Assembly: GCF_964204645.1 (NCBI RefSeq)
Contig: NC_134030.1
Coordinates: 9,513,222 to 9,577,221, forward strand
Direction of reading: 5' to 3'
Length of the DNA stretch: 64,000 bases
DNA from: Tubulanus polymorphus
Taxonomy: Eukaryota > Animalia > Nemertea
Below, piece by piece: positions 1-12,691 of this stretch; position 1 is the first letter of the stretch; the number at the start of each line of letters is the position of its first letter. The position numbers were made by a program, and so were the translations under genes. The notes under the pieces were generated by a model. That model was not told where the DNA came from. It saw only the letters and a program-made list of their open reading frames with translations, and did not search any database.

Positions 1-129
1 CATCTAGAGTTCAACATGAAATATGAACAAGAAAGTAATGAAAAAACGAACAGTTTAAATATTATCTGTTTCTGAAACCGATGATGATCATCATCATCAA
101 TATCACAGACGAATGGAGGCAAGTAGAGG

Positions 130-478
130 CATCAATCCTCCCGCGGCAGGGACTCGAACCTGATGGCATCCAGATTGCCACGATACGAAACCCTGCCACA
201 CTAGACCGAGTGCGCAGCAGCTACACGCGCAGCTTAGATGATGTCATTAATAGCCAATTAGAAATTCAGTTTTATTTGAGCCCGGGTTTTCCCATTTATA
301 GTTCTTCCGTGAAATTTACCTCAGCGATTAACGAGCAATCTGTTTGGTGCCGCAAGATTTCGCGCGGTAAAGCTGCGCATGTACCTGCGCACCCGGTCTA
401 GTGTGGCAGGGGTTCGTACCGTGGCTGAGTGTAGCGAGCGATGTCATCAGGTTCAAATCCCTCCCATGGGAGGATGGT
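130..478. repeat. Inverted repeat of two back-to-back tRNA-like (A/B-box) arms; copies at ~12821-13169 and ~24937-25285
   Basis: atcctcccgcggcagggactcgaacctgatggcatc...ccctgccacactagaccgagtgcgcag is the reverse complement of ctgcgcacccggtctagtgtggcagggg...gatgtcatcaggttcaaatccctcccatgggaggat. The arms contain GGTTCRARTCC. Confidence 0.6.
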
Positions 479-1525
479 GGTGTCCGACATGTTTGACTGC
501 CGATTAATAGGCCTATAGGTTAAGCGACATATGAAATAAACTTACACTGTTTTCACTGTTTGATGTAATCAGTCGATGGAATCATTTTAGAACAAATTCA
601 TTACAACACAGCGAGGTGAAGCCCATCGTGATCTAGATATATCAGGATGGAATGACGTCATGCTCGACTGAGCGCCACCACCATGGACCCACTGTTTGTA
701 GGATGTACCTCTGAAATAATATGATTTCCCACAATATCTGAGATGGAATATTTTTCGCCATTTAAACCAATGTTACAAACACTTACCAAATATTGAAATA
801 CTGATTTCAGGGGTCGGGAAGGAGGGTGGCAATGTTTGTATTAGGTGAGGTTTTTGCTTAATTTCGTGTTATGGTAAAGCACGCCATTTTGATATTGCGT
901 CATAGTGTACCTCAGATTGGGATTCCCGCCGCTAGACTGGTCACCGCCACCTGTACTAGCAGGTAGAAATGGCAACCAGTCTATTGCAGGTCTCGGCTTC
1001 TTTTCGATTAGATTAGGTTTTATATTCTACGCAATATTCAAAGAATTTATTCTAATGAAAACCACGCTCTTTACCAATCTAATCATTCGTTTCGAGGTTT
1101 CGGGAATTACTACTTTAGTTCACAGAAATTCCGCTATCGTTATTCATTGGGGCAGCACTGAACGGTTGTAATTTGATGCAGTCTTGCTATTTTACTGCGG
1201 CATGTGAGGAATACAGATTTTTCTTAAGTCAAATTTCATTCATCACTCAACACTAGATTGTAAGAAATTAATAACTCTACCAACATTAGAGCTTTATATA
1301 AGGAGAGTAAATGGTATGATAGAATCTCCCTAATTCCGATCATTGGGACCAACAAAATTCATCCGTTTTACGGCAAATCCGGATTAAAAGTCATTTTCGT
1401 GTATATTAATGATTAAATTGACTGTAAATATTATCCGGATTAGACCAAAATTCGGTCGATGCGGATTAAACGATTTAGTTTGACTGTATTAGCCAATAGA
1501 ATCAGTCTTCCAGGGCACTAAAATT

Positions 1526-2307
1526 CGGTACTCGAAAAACGCCTAATGAAATACACCGAATCGGAAAACGCATAACGCCTAATTCCTAGAAAATGACCTA
1601 ATTTCGTAATTGCACCATCTACTGAGACTCACAATCCAACTCATCAACGGAAAAGTTTGAAAATACATGTGTTTTACGCTTCACGAAACGAGACTACTAC
1701 TCTAATAAACTTCATTATAGGATGATGATAGAATGTCCGCCGTGCAAGCAATTATTACATAACGCCATAGAAGTGTAAACTGAAACAGTTTACACTTCTA
1801 TGATAACGCGAAAACAAACGCCGCGGTTATAAACCGGCTTTCTTGAATTTTGAAACCGGAATGCATAACTATGGTACAACCTACGCTCGTAGGTACAACG
1901 CACACAAAGACTGATAAAATAGCCTTTCTCAAAATTATCCTCCAAAACTGTTCACAACCACGCTAATGTGAACCTACCGAACCAATGAGAGACTAAATAA
2001 TGTCCAGCCCCTGAACTTCCTTGAACAAAAAATAATAAACTTTATGTTCCATATAAAAAATATGATGTCTTTTATAATCATAATACTCTGTCTTAATATG
2101 AAATGATAACACAGATAAGCCTGTGTAACCAAAGACAGTAGAAACGAAGATGGAATGGGCGGCGCTCCACGCACTCCGACGTGAACTATGTAGCGTTGCG
2201 TACATAGTTCACGTAGGGATTTAGGTCAATTTCTTGGATGTTACTATGAATTAGGCGTTATGCGTTTTCCGATTCGGTGTTTTTCATTAGGCGTTTTTCG
2301 AATACCG
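1526..2307. mobile_element. Non-autonomous DNA transposon, 782 bp, ~60-bp TIRs, 9-bp TSD ACTAAAATT (Mutator/Merlin-like TSD length)
   Basis: TIRs cggtactcgaaaaacgcctaatgaaa... / ...tttcattaggcgtttttcgaataccg. TSD at 1517-1525 and 2308-2316. Empty site in units 2 and 3. Confidence 0.92.
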
Positions 2308-2337
2308 ACTAAAATTACCAAGAAACAAACACTGACA

Positions 2338-2712
2338 AGTGTTGGCCTGTTTAATAAACGCAGAAACCCTAGTGTTGGCCTGGTTAATAAACGCAGAAAT
2401 GCTAGTGTTGGCCTGGTGAATAAACGTAGAAACCCTAGTGTTGGCCTGGTGAATAAACGCAGAATCCCTAGTTTTGGCCTGTTTAATAAACGCAGAATCC
2501 CTAGTTTTGGCCTGTTTAATAAACGCAGAAACCATAGTGTTGGCCTGGTGAATAAACGCAGTAACCCTAGTGTTTGCCTGCTGAATAAACGTAGAAACCC
2601 TAGTGTTGGCCTGGTTAATAAACGCAGAATCCCTAGTTTTGGCCTGTTTAATAAACGCAGAAACCCTAGTTTTGGCCTGTTTAATAAACGCAGAAACCCT
2701 AGTGTTGGCCTG
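2338..2712 (+). repeat. 33-bp minisatellite (~11 copies); also 14238-14612 and 26362-26651 (~9 copies)
   Basis: Contiguous units agtgttggcctgtttaataaacgcagaaaccct with no spacers. Confidence 0.95.
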
Positions 2713-2757
2713 TTACCACACAGACCACACGTATTCACAAACCACGTCAGTCACCAG

Positions 2758-2830
2758 AACTCAGCGGTCTAGTGGTTAGCGTGCTCGGCCGGCATGCTGG
2801 AGGTCGCAGGTTCGAGTCCTGCTAGGGTTA
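2758..2830 (+). pseudogene. tRNA-derived sequence (SINE head or tRNA pseudogene, Ala-like); copies at 3713-3785, 14658-14730, 15613-15685
   Basis: 73 nt with A-box GGTCTAGTGG, a perfect T-arm GCAGG-TTCGAGT-CCTGC and an imperfect acceptor stem. The anticodon stem pairs poorly. Followed by TTAGGG-like hexamers. Confidence 0.65.
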
Positions 2831-3365
2831 CGGTTACGATCGAACTAGTGTTAGGGTTAGTGCCTCAGGTTGGGGCTAATTTTTGGCCCAGCGAGGTATT
2901 TGTAGTACGATGATCATCTGTTTGACTCGGGTTATTTTTTGGTCAACTGATTCTATACTAACTTATATATTTTGAACACAAATATTTGCTTTATCTAGTG
3001 GATGCCAATTTATTTAAAAGATACTTCGCTCAATACAGTAGATTATTTCTAAATGAATAAAAGAGTTGGTGACATTATTCAATATATATAAAAACCACAA
3101 TATCTACTTTAAGGTTGGTATGCAACAATTTCCACTCTTTTCCATAGGTGTCGCATTGGATAAATGTCTATATCTCTTGACCCAATGGACCGATTACGAT
3201 AAAACTTGATACACAGTCTGAACTTTTATCAAGTAGCACTCGGGGTGGGTGAAATCGCTCTAGGTTGAAGTAACACTGTCCTAAAATGGCTCCAAACAAC
3301 GTGAAATTGGTAGTTGCCTACTACGAGTACGGGTAGAACACAGGATAGAACAGGGTAGAACACAG

Positions 3366-4300
3366 TATTATCCGGATTAGACCAAAATTCGGATTAAGCC
3401 GATGCGGATTAAACGATTTTGTTTGACTGTATTAGCCAATAGAATCAGTCTTGGAATACAGAAAGACGTTCACGATTGAGTTATGTACAAATACCGATAT
3501 GAGAAAAGCTTAGATTCACCTCCATCACCCATGGAACTGGCCCCAGGGCACTAAAAAGGCAATTACCAAGAAACAACCACTGACGCGAGTGTTGGCCTGT
3601 TTAATAAACGCAGAAACCCTAGCGTTGGCCTGTTTGATAAACTCAGTAACCCTATAGTGTTGGCCTTGTACCACACTGACCACACGTATTCACAAACTAG
3701 GTCGGCCATCAGAACTCAGTGGTCTAGTGGTTAGCGTGCTCGACCGGCATGCTGGAGGTCGCAGGTTCGAGTCCTGCTAGGGTTAGGGTTTCGATCGATC
3801 TAGGGTTAGAGTTAGTGCCTCAGGTTGGGGCTAATTTTTGGCCCAGCGAGGTATTTGTAGTACGATGATCATCTGTTTGACTCGGGTTATTTTTTGGTCA
3901 ACTGATTCTATACTAACTTATATATTTTGAACACAGATATTTGCTTTATCTAGTGGAGGCCAATTTATTTAAAAGATACTTCGCTCAATACAGTAGTTTA
4001 TTTCTAAATGAATAAAAGAGTTGGTGACATTATTCAATATATATAAAAACCACAATATCTACTTTACGGTTGGTATGCAACAATTTCCACTCTTTTCCAT
4101 AGGTGTCGCTTTGGATAAATGTCTTTATCTCTTGACCCAATGGACCGATTACGATTAAACTTGTTACACAGGAACTTTTATCAAGTAGCACTCGGGGTGG
4201 GTGAAATCGCTCTAGGTTTGAAGTTACACTGTCATAAAATGGCTCCAAACAACGTGAAATTGGTAGTTAGGCCTACTACGAGTACGGGGAGAACACAGTT
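3366..4300 (+). repeat. Diverged direct duplicate of the 1430-3340 module (short minisatellite + tRNA-like head + AT-rich body)
   Basis: Colinear similarity with 1430-1525 and 2317-3340. Confidence 0.85.
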
Positions 4301-4497
4301 TGAAATCGTATCGTTGTAGGTTATCGTAAAGAAGATGAATACGACGATTAACAGTACAAATATCGTTATAGACACGGTTTTAGTCGAGACATTGATGGCC
4401 GGGTTTAACTATTCCTGGATATGACCATGTTTCACAATTAAATTCATCTTCTGAATGAGGACGACCATCGAACACGTGTCTAATCGCGTCATAATGG

Positions 4498-5120
4498 GTA
4501 CGGGGTGTCCCGCGTTCGAACCAAGTAATTATTGATACTGGTTCAGAGTGGTCTTTGTACAGGGGTGTCCCGGGTTCGAACTGAGTAGTGGTCCAAGTTG
4601 TCCTGATGCTGAATGGAGGATGTACAGGGTTGTGTCCCGGGTTCGAGAACCAGTAATTACTGATACTGATTCAGAGTGGTCCCGATGCTGATTAGATGAT
4701 GTACAGGGGTGTCCAGGGTTCGAACTCAGTAGTGGTCCAAGTTGTCCTGATGCTGAATGGAGGATGTACAAGGGTGTCCCGACCGTACGGTGCTGCCGCT
4801 GTGCTCATCGTTAGCGGGATTTCCATACACTAACTGAAGTCAACTCTGGCAATCGTCGTGCTGTCCAGCTATACTCCGTAACCCTTGCTTGCCAGAGTTG
4901 ACTAACGTTAGTGTATGAAAATCCCGCTACCGATGAGCATAGAGGCAGCACCGTACGGTGAAATGTTGATATCTTAAAAGTAATTACTGATTCTGATTGG
5001 TCCTGATGCTGAATGGAGGATGTACAGAGGTATCCCGGGTTCGAACCAGTAATTACTGATACTGGTTCAGAGTGGTCTTGATACTGAATAGAGGATGTAC
5101 AGGTGTCCTGGGTTCGACCC
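4498..5120 (+). repeat. Degenerate ~60-75-bp tandem repeat (gatgtacaggggtgtcccgggttcgaac...); also 16398-17020
   Basis: Recurrent gggttcgaac, gtaattactgatactg and tgatgctgaatggaggatgtaca motifs. Confidence 0.75.
4782..4959. mobile_element. Palindromic MITE (~178 bp) nested in the tandem repeat; also 16682-16859
   Basis: accgtacggtgctgcc...gtcaactctggcaa / ttgccagagttgac...ggcagcaccgtacggt, arms ~70 bp. Confidence 0.75.
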
Positions 5121-5206
5121 CGCCACGAAAAATGATTAAATAACGCACACACGACTTACAGCAACAACTATCTATATTTATTCCTCATTGTCATGTAACA
5201 CACCCG

Positions 5207-5414
5207 GACCCAGTTCCACAGTTGTGAGTTAGAGTTAAAGTTAATTCACTTTCAATGAGTTACCCCAGGGCCCAGTTTCACAAAAAGGTTTAACTCTTAA
5301 ATCGATTTAATTTCTTCATTAATTCAGTTTATCTTAAATCGATTTAGGCCTTAATCCTTTTTGTGAAACTGGGCCCAGAGTTAAATCTTAACTCAACAAC
5401 TGTGGAACTGGACC
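5207..5414. mobile_element. Nested palindromic MITEs (inner copy ~5268-5376), Harbinger/Tourist-like; also ~17107-17314
   Basis: Outer arms ccagttccacagttg / caactgtggaactgg; inner arms gggcccagtttcacaaaaagg / cctttttgtgaaactgggccc. Confidence 0.7.
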
Positions 5415-8168
5415 CTGCCCTTTTAAGAATAGTAGTTGGACCATCGAATTGAAACCTTCGCATACCAGGGTAAGAAAGAAAAAATGAATCCTTCGAGTAG
5501 ACACCAGGGGTCGCAGTTTCACAAAAAAAACGATGCATTAACTGAATTTGTGAAGAAATTTAATCTGGATCAAATCTCACAAAAACAGATGAACTTCATA
5601 AACTCAGTTTCTCTTTTTTGTTGATCTTTGATAATTAATCCGTATATGTGAAACCGTACCCTCGGTAGGATTTGGTTTATGATGCGAGGGTTTCAATCAG
5701 ATTTAGATGCCGCAGTTTCGCACACTGAATAGCGAGTGTCCAGTTTCACAGAGAAAAGACCAATAAAACTGGGTCGTGGGGTACAAACAATTACAAACTA
5801 ATGCAACCAGTTATCGCTGCTTTACAGCTACATTTAATCTTCAATTTCAATTTTCCCTAAAACTTTAAAACCCACTATATAGAAATTTAATAGAAGTAAA
5901 AGAGACAACATTTTGGAGTCTCTGTAGAGACCATCATCAAGTCTGAAGAATAACTAAAACAGGGAAAAACAAGTTCATTAGGAAAGTAAAGCGAGTGTTC
6001 AGTGCTAAGGTTGAGAGGTTTTGTTATTTTGTTCGTATAGGTTGTTCTAGTTATTTCTTCATTATACTTTTATTATTTTGATTCTGATTCTTGATAAATG
6101 AATTATGCCTTTTAAATTTGCATATAGCAGGGTTTAAATCATATATTCTATGCCCGATTCAGGCTATTATTCTATTAGCAAAAATGACACCACAGCTTTG
6201 AGAGATCAGGGGATCAGGGGATGACTCTAATGTTTTTATGGATATGTGATACACAGTCCATCAAACCATCATAAACAGAACAACAGTAGGCTGCCCGTGC
6301 CGGTCGGCACGGATAAACAATATTCATTTGGCTCCAGGTAGATGGCTGGTCCCTGTCCCTGTCCAATGGCAAATTGGTCCCGATCCCAACTTCGTTCTAG
6401 AATAGAGAAAATATTACATAGAAAATGTTCGATTGAATTAACAGTCAAGTGGGAATTGTTTTCATGACATAATTCGGTAACTAGAATTTATAATTACCTT
6501 ATAATTCTAGATAATTCAACACCATTATTCAATCTTTGATCACTTTTCAAACTGTTCTATTGGACAAATTTCATGCTGCAAAAAATCATCATACTATGAA
6601 AATACTAAGTAATGTATTTATAGCAGTCTGAAATTGGGGCTAAATTCTATTAGAAAATCAATCATTTTCAAACTTGTGTTTAGCAGAATTAAGAATCACA
6701 CATAAAAATCCTGTACAGAATAATTAAATGTTAGAATATTATGAAATTAGAGCACAGTGGAGTGATGAAATACTCACCATTTCTAAACTCATATCAGATA
6801 AGTTCAGTGCCATCTAGCAGGATTTCACTTCCAACAGTCATAATGTCATGAAGTTAAGAGAACTGATGATTTTCTGAGAAAATAAATTCTTAAAACGATA
6901 GCAGCAGCTTCAGCAACTAGAGCTTCTTTACTCTTTGAAGGTGAATATTTTTAATTTCTCCAGTTCCAATAAGTGTTGGGCGTATTGCATTCTGGAAAGA
7001 GAAAATTATGCCAGAAAATGGTTAATGAAATAGATAGAAACTGCAACTTGTTTGTGTTCGATTGACAGAAAACCTACCAGGTTAATGAGTAGTTTATCAC
7101 AATGTGTCGAGTATATGCAGATTTCTGAGAGGTTTGATGGTAGCTTTAGACTGCGTCCTCAAGTAAAACGTTGATACCTGCCAACATTGACCGATCAAAA
7201 CATCATTTTCTGGACTTGATTTGAAGATCACCACAAATTACTGCAATAAATCGATATAAAACTCACCGCTTCTGACTTGTTTGATTTGTAGAGCGCAATG
7301 TTAACTGCAAGTTCAGCTTTATTTTAGACCCTAGAATACAACAGTTGTATAATTTTGATGATTCGAACTTTCACCAGAATAGAAGTGATTGAAAATTCGC
7401 CTTCACTGATTAATGTAGCTTCTAATCAGGAAATGAGTTTATAAATGTACAGTCAAACAGAGACTAGAATCTGTAGAGATATTTACCGGTACCGTATTGG
7501 TTTTGAGGACTTAAAGCGATGTCCATCTTAAACAAATGTGAAGTGAATTCCCAATGTTTACTGTTCACAGATTCTATCAAGGGTTCCAGTTATTTCAGCT
7601 CCTAAATACAAATTTTAGAAATTGTCAGTTAAGTTGTTATGAAATAAGAGCAGTTTCACACCAAAACAAACTAAGCCTTGATCTTTGAGTGATTGAATGC
7701 TGGAAACATAAACAGATAGAATAATTTATATAGAACAGTTCTCTAAAAATAATGAATTTCCAAACAGGTTTTACCTGCTGCTGCTGCTGCTGCCGCTGCT
7801 GGTGGCGCTGTTGCTGCATGGTGCTGGTACTGCCAGTGCTGCTGTTGCAGCTGCTGGTGGCGCTGTTGCTGCATGGTGCTGGTACTGCGGTTACTGCCAG
7901 TGCTGCTGCTGCGGTGTGTATCTCATCCTGTAACTGAGAGTAAAACAGTAATTTTTAGTTCAAAAATAATTCAAAATATCAACAGAGACTGTGAAGAATT
8001 CTGTGGAGAAATTCATTACCAGTTTTGTACTTACCTTTAAATGAGCCTGTTTAAATAGTAAATTCTATTGCATTCATTTCATTCTGAAAAGAAAAAGAAA
8101 CAATAATCAGTGACAATAGAGCAGAATGTAACATCTCAAATTATCAATCAATCAGACAGAAACAGTAC

Positions 8169-11100
8169 AGGATTTCTGTAGATTAAACTGCTGTACTTAT
8201 TTCATACTGATTGCACAGTTACAGATACATGTAACAGATCACTGCATTACTTCATCCTGTGATTGAACAGTGATTTAATGTTCTCTCATCTTCATTAGAT
8301 TCCCATCCGTCTAACTAAAACATCGGAACATTTTTACTCATCTAACCTCCCGACCCGACCCTCCCAGACCCCGTCCCCCTTCTCTCCCGCCCTCCCTGAC
8401 CCCTTCCCTCCCACCCTCCCATACCCCTTCCCTCCCGGACCCCTTCCCTCCCACCCTCCTGGACCCATCCCTCAATGCCCTCCCACCTGGCCCTCCCTCA
8501 ATGCCCTCCCACCTGGCCCACCCTCAATGCCCTCCCTCAATGCCCTCCCACCTAGCCCTCCCTCAATGCCCTCCCATCATGCCTCCTTAACTCTCTTGTC
8601 TCCTCTTCACACACACTCATGTGTACAATAACTACAAAACGATTTGCCATTTTTCACGATCATATCAATTTCATTTATAAATCAAAATCCTTAATCAATT
8701 GCATCATTGATGGGACTCACAGATACTTTCTCTACACATTTTGGAGGCATTCAGATGACCTCAAATGATCATATGCCTGGGTTGGTCTTGAAAATCACAT
8801 GGCTTCATTTTTACAGATGATTTCTTTATCAATTTCATCACATTATTCCTATTATTTCTACTCCCTCTAATAAGTATTCACAATATATCTCAGTTTCACG
8901 ACAAGTTGCAGCAGTCGTCTGTAAACAGATTTCATTTCATCAAATGATGCGAGTTTGAGTTGTAGAGGTTTCATCTACAAAACATCAAACCAAACCTGAG
9001 GAACTTAATGTTGTAAGGGAGGGGGAGGTAAAGGAAATAAACCCGAACCAAACCTCCACACTCACAAAATGTTGTGAGAAAGGCAAACACAAACCAAGGA
9101 CAAGAATGATGGCTAAGATCAAAACAATTAATGCTATTTATGTTGCTTCACCAATTCAACATGACGTCACTAAATGAAACCATTGTGGACTATTTCAATA
9201 CTCTCTACTAGAGGTTTCATATAAGCAAGCAGTTTATGGAATCATATTCATAAAAGTTATTAATCAATGTTTTTAAACTGCTGATGCAAAATATATACGT
9301 CATTAAATAATCTGTTTGATTGTCTTTTCAAGTTAACACTTAAACCCAGTGGAACAAATCAAACTCCAGCCATTTTTCCTTCATTTGCCATTTTTCGTTT
9401 TTACTCTTTTCTCTGATTTTTAGCACTTGAGTCGAGGTAGGAATAGACCCCTGCCCGCCCTCTAAGCGTGCAGGACACTAAACCTTCGAATTGCTCTTGG
9501 ACCCCACTCTTTATATCAGCATTTCATGCTGTTTTATTTTATTCACGCATTCGCTTTACATTTTTTCATATGGCTTTTCCTTATTTGTCGTCTCACTAAA
9601 ATTCTCATCCGTTCCGACTGGGATCAAGTTTAATCTTTTAGAGACAAACAGCAAAAGGTTGTGTAAGTTGCACCAGCAGCAGCAGCAGCAGCTGCAGCAG
9701 CAACACTGATACAGATGAATCTTTCATTAACTACGTCATTTGTTCCATTCTCAAATATTGAGTCATGAAGGCAACAGAAATAACTTTAAAAAACGTTAAA
9801 TCTTTCATTTATGGCCTTGGTTTAGTGACCTAAGCGTCAAAGTTTGGTTCATAGCCCAGGTTTAGTGACCAAAGAGTCAAAGTTTGGTTCATGGCTCAGG
9901 TTTAGTGACCAAAGAGTCAAAGTTTGGTTCATGGCTCAGGTTTAGTGACCAAAGAGTCAAAGTTTGGTTCATAGCCCAGGTTTGGTGACCAAAGAGTCAA
10001 AGTTTGGTCTATGGTTCTGATTTGGTGACCACGGAGGGTAAATATAGCTCATGGCCCTCGTTAAAGGTAGACAGTTTTATGGCTTTGGTTTGATTAGCAA
10101 ATAACATGAGAAATTGAGCGTTGCATATGTTGAATAGGGGAATTGGACTAAACACTCATCACTAGAATAAAGTGAAGAATTATGTTCACACTGAATGGGC
10201 TCAAAATCTTGTACTAATTGATAAAAACTGAAATAATTCTGACTAATTTGAGTCTATCGGAAAATGATGCATTGATCGAAGTCTAAAAGCTATAAACTGA
10301 CAAATTGATCGAGCGCTGATAATATTTTAAATAACAGCAGAGGATGAAATGACTTTCATAAACTGATATGATCGTGAAAAATGGCAAAATACACTAGATA
10401 TCCCCGCTTTATCAGAGTCTCATTGTAGTAGGAAGATTGCCGTAGACTAACTGTAAAAACTACAACTACATCTGGTTGAATATCATCTGTTTTTATGGCT
10501 TTTAAATTCAGTAAAATATTTCCTGATAGAAGTATAATTATTTCGCAGCCCCTTAAATTCTGTCTAGAATAGAATTATAAGTCACAGGTAGAAATAGAAT
10601 ATTATCCTATTCTAAAATGAATATAATAATAGAACAATAGTCTCTCCGTGTCAATCTTTGTCCCACCTAAAAATTGTACAGTTTATTTCAGAAAATATGT
10701 CCCATCTTTTTGAAAACGATAACTAATTATTAAGGATATCTGTGAATAGTGATATACTGATTACAAAACATATCACTTATTCTAATGAGTTCTATACTCT
10801 TCTTCCAAAAATGAAGAGTAGGTCTCTGTCTAAGAATCTGCAGAAAAAAGAGGAAGCAGCGATGAATGTGACTGCATCTCGACTCTCGTCAATAATTTTC
10901 TAAGTCGTCCTATACAGTTCTCAGTATTTACAGCCGTTTCTAAAATAGCACAGAAGAAAAAACATCTTTCAGCTGGAAATGTATCAGTAAACGGCCAGAT
11001 ATCAACAGTAATTATTACGTATGATTGTTGTTTCATTGAATTATTAATGAAACCGTTTTTTGATCGGAGCCAAGGAGCAGAACTTGTGATCATTCAAAAA

Positions 11101-11940
11101 ATATCTCTCATTCCTGACATCATTAAATAATGGCCCTAAAAATTGAAACGTCCCAATTCAAAAATCTGGGGCAATTATCTCATAACGATTGAGAGAAGTG
11201 ACGGTGAAATAACGTGCGCACTCACCGGGGATCAAACCCGGGTCTCATAGAAATAACAACTAGTAAAATAGAACGAGTCCAATTGGCCGTTGGTTATACA
11301 GCTTGTCATGCATAACAACTGAAACATGACATGTTGCAGTCACGTGTTTCATAATGATTAATCCTTTCTTAGAATAATAAAAAGATGGGACACAATTTCT
11401 GAAATATCCTGAACTTCAAGACTAAAACCACGACTAAACCACCTGTACCTGTACCTAAACCCTAAAGCCCCACCCTATATCCCTCCCTCCCTCCAAAGTC
11501 CTACCACCACCCCTACATCCCTCCCAAATCCCATCCCTCCCGGACAAGTTCCCTCCCGCCCTCCCGGACCCCTTCCCTCCCGCCCTCCCTCCCACACCCC
11601 TTCCCTCCCGCCCTCCCTCATCCCTTCCCTCCCGCCCTCACCCCATCCCTCCCAGACCCCTTCCCTCCCACCGTCCCCCACCCCAACCCTCCCTCTACCC
11701 CTTCCCTCCCCCAACCCTACCCACCCTCCCCAAACCCTGTGGTTAGGTGAGTTGAATGTTCTGATGTTTTAGTTAGACGGATGGGAATCTAATGAAGATG
11801 AAAGAACATTAAATCACTGTTCAATTCCAAGATGAAGTAATGCAGTGATCTGTACTCTGTATCTGTACACAATGTTACATGTATCTGTAACTGTACAATC
11901 AGTATGAAATAAGTACAGCAGTTTAATCTACAGAAATTCT
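8169..11940. mobile_element. Putative ~3.8-kb non-autonomous element bounded by ~180-bp inverted repeats; also ~20069-24050
   Basis: 8169-8345 is the reverse complement of ~11745-11940. C-rich (CCCT-type) tracts lie just inside both arms. No TSD or ORF found. Confidence 0.5.
9817..10030 (+). repeat. 40-bp minisatellite, ~5 copies (about 10 copies at 21719-22135)
   Basis: Unit caggtttagtgaccaaagagtcaaagtttggttcatggct. Confidence 0.9.
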
Positions 11941-12691
11941 AACTCTTAAGATACACATGATCTGATTATCACGAAGGAACATGATTGATAACAGTTGTAT
12001 TATTGACATCAGGAACCAGTTTCATATTGATTACAAATAACATTTGAGTTGATCACAATTTAGAAAACCTATAAACCCGCTTACAGAAATAACAATCCCA
12101 ACCATGAACTGATTATAGCCAAATATTCACCAAATGAAATTTGAAATGATTGAATAACTGCAACAGGTTTCTGAAATTTCATTTCAAAACATGGTTTATA
12201 ATAAACAATATAAAATTGGTCCCTTAAAATCAATTCAACAACCGATAAATAAAGATAAATGTAACTTATCTTGAATTTCCACATAGGCTATAGTGATTCC
12301 TGATGTCATGCTGAATCCAAGAGTGATTCCCGATGTTCTGTGCTAAATCCAAAAAAGTCTGGTAGTAAAACACTGATTCCTTGTTGTCCTGTGCTGAATC
12401 CAAGTATGATTCCCGATGTCCGGCGCGAAACCAAAAAAGTCTGATTGTGAAACACTGATTCCTTGTTGTCCTGTGCTGAATCCAAGAGTGATTCTTGTTT
12501 TCCTGTGCTGAATCAAAATTCCCGTTGAACACGTTGAAGTGATACCTATAATAAACAAATCTAAGATTTTCTTTCCTGAGAAATAACTGCAGAAATATCA
12601 AATCTAAAATTCAAACTTACAAATTAGATTGTTCGCTCCAATCTGCAGTTCGTTTATTCAAGGGGTTTTTCTATCCACAGTTTAGGTTTTG

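Larger units (their letters stand above)
1..12691 (+). repeat. Tandem segmental unit 1 (~12 kb)
   Basis: The sequence at 1 (catctagagttcaacatg) recurs at 12692 and 24802. ORF-track translations repeat at offsets 12691, 11900 and 12110. Confidence 0.95.

Noticed and set aside
81-401. 106-aa ORF present three times, and other short ORFs in the tandem units
   Set aside because: Conservation reflects recent duplication; they overlap repeats and show no recognisable domain.
2338-2712. 33-bp and 40-bp repeat arrays as CRISPR arrays
   Set aside because: Units are contiguous with no unique spacers, there are no cas genes, and the context is eukaryotic.
2244-2772. Repetitive ORFs on both strands (SVGLFNKRRNP / RPTLGFLRLLN)
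   Set aside because: By-product of a stop-free 33-bp minisatellite; start and end differ between units.
2758-2830. Functional tRNA-Ala(GGC)
   Set aside because: Anticodon and D stems pair poorly, there is no oligo-T terminator, and a GGC anticodon is atypical for eukaryotes; treated as tRNA-derived.
7637-7937. PolyQ/polyC/polyA ORFs
   Set aside because: Translations of a CTG/CAG microsatellite-like tract.
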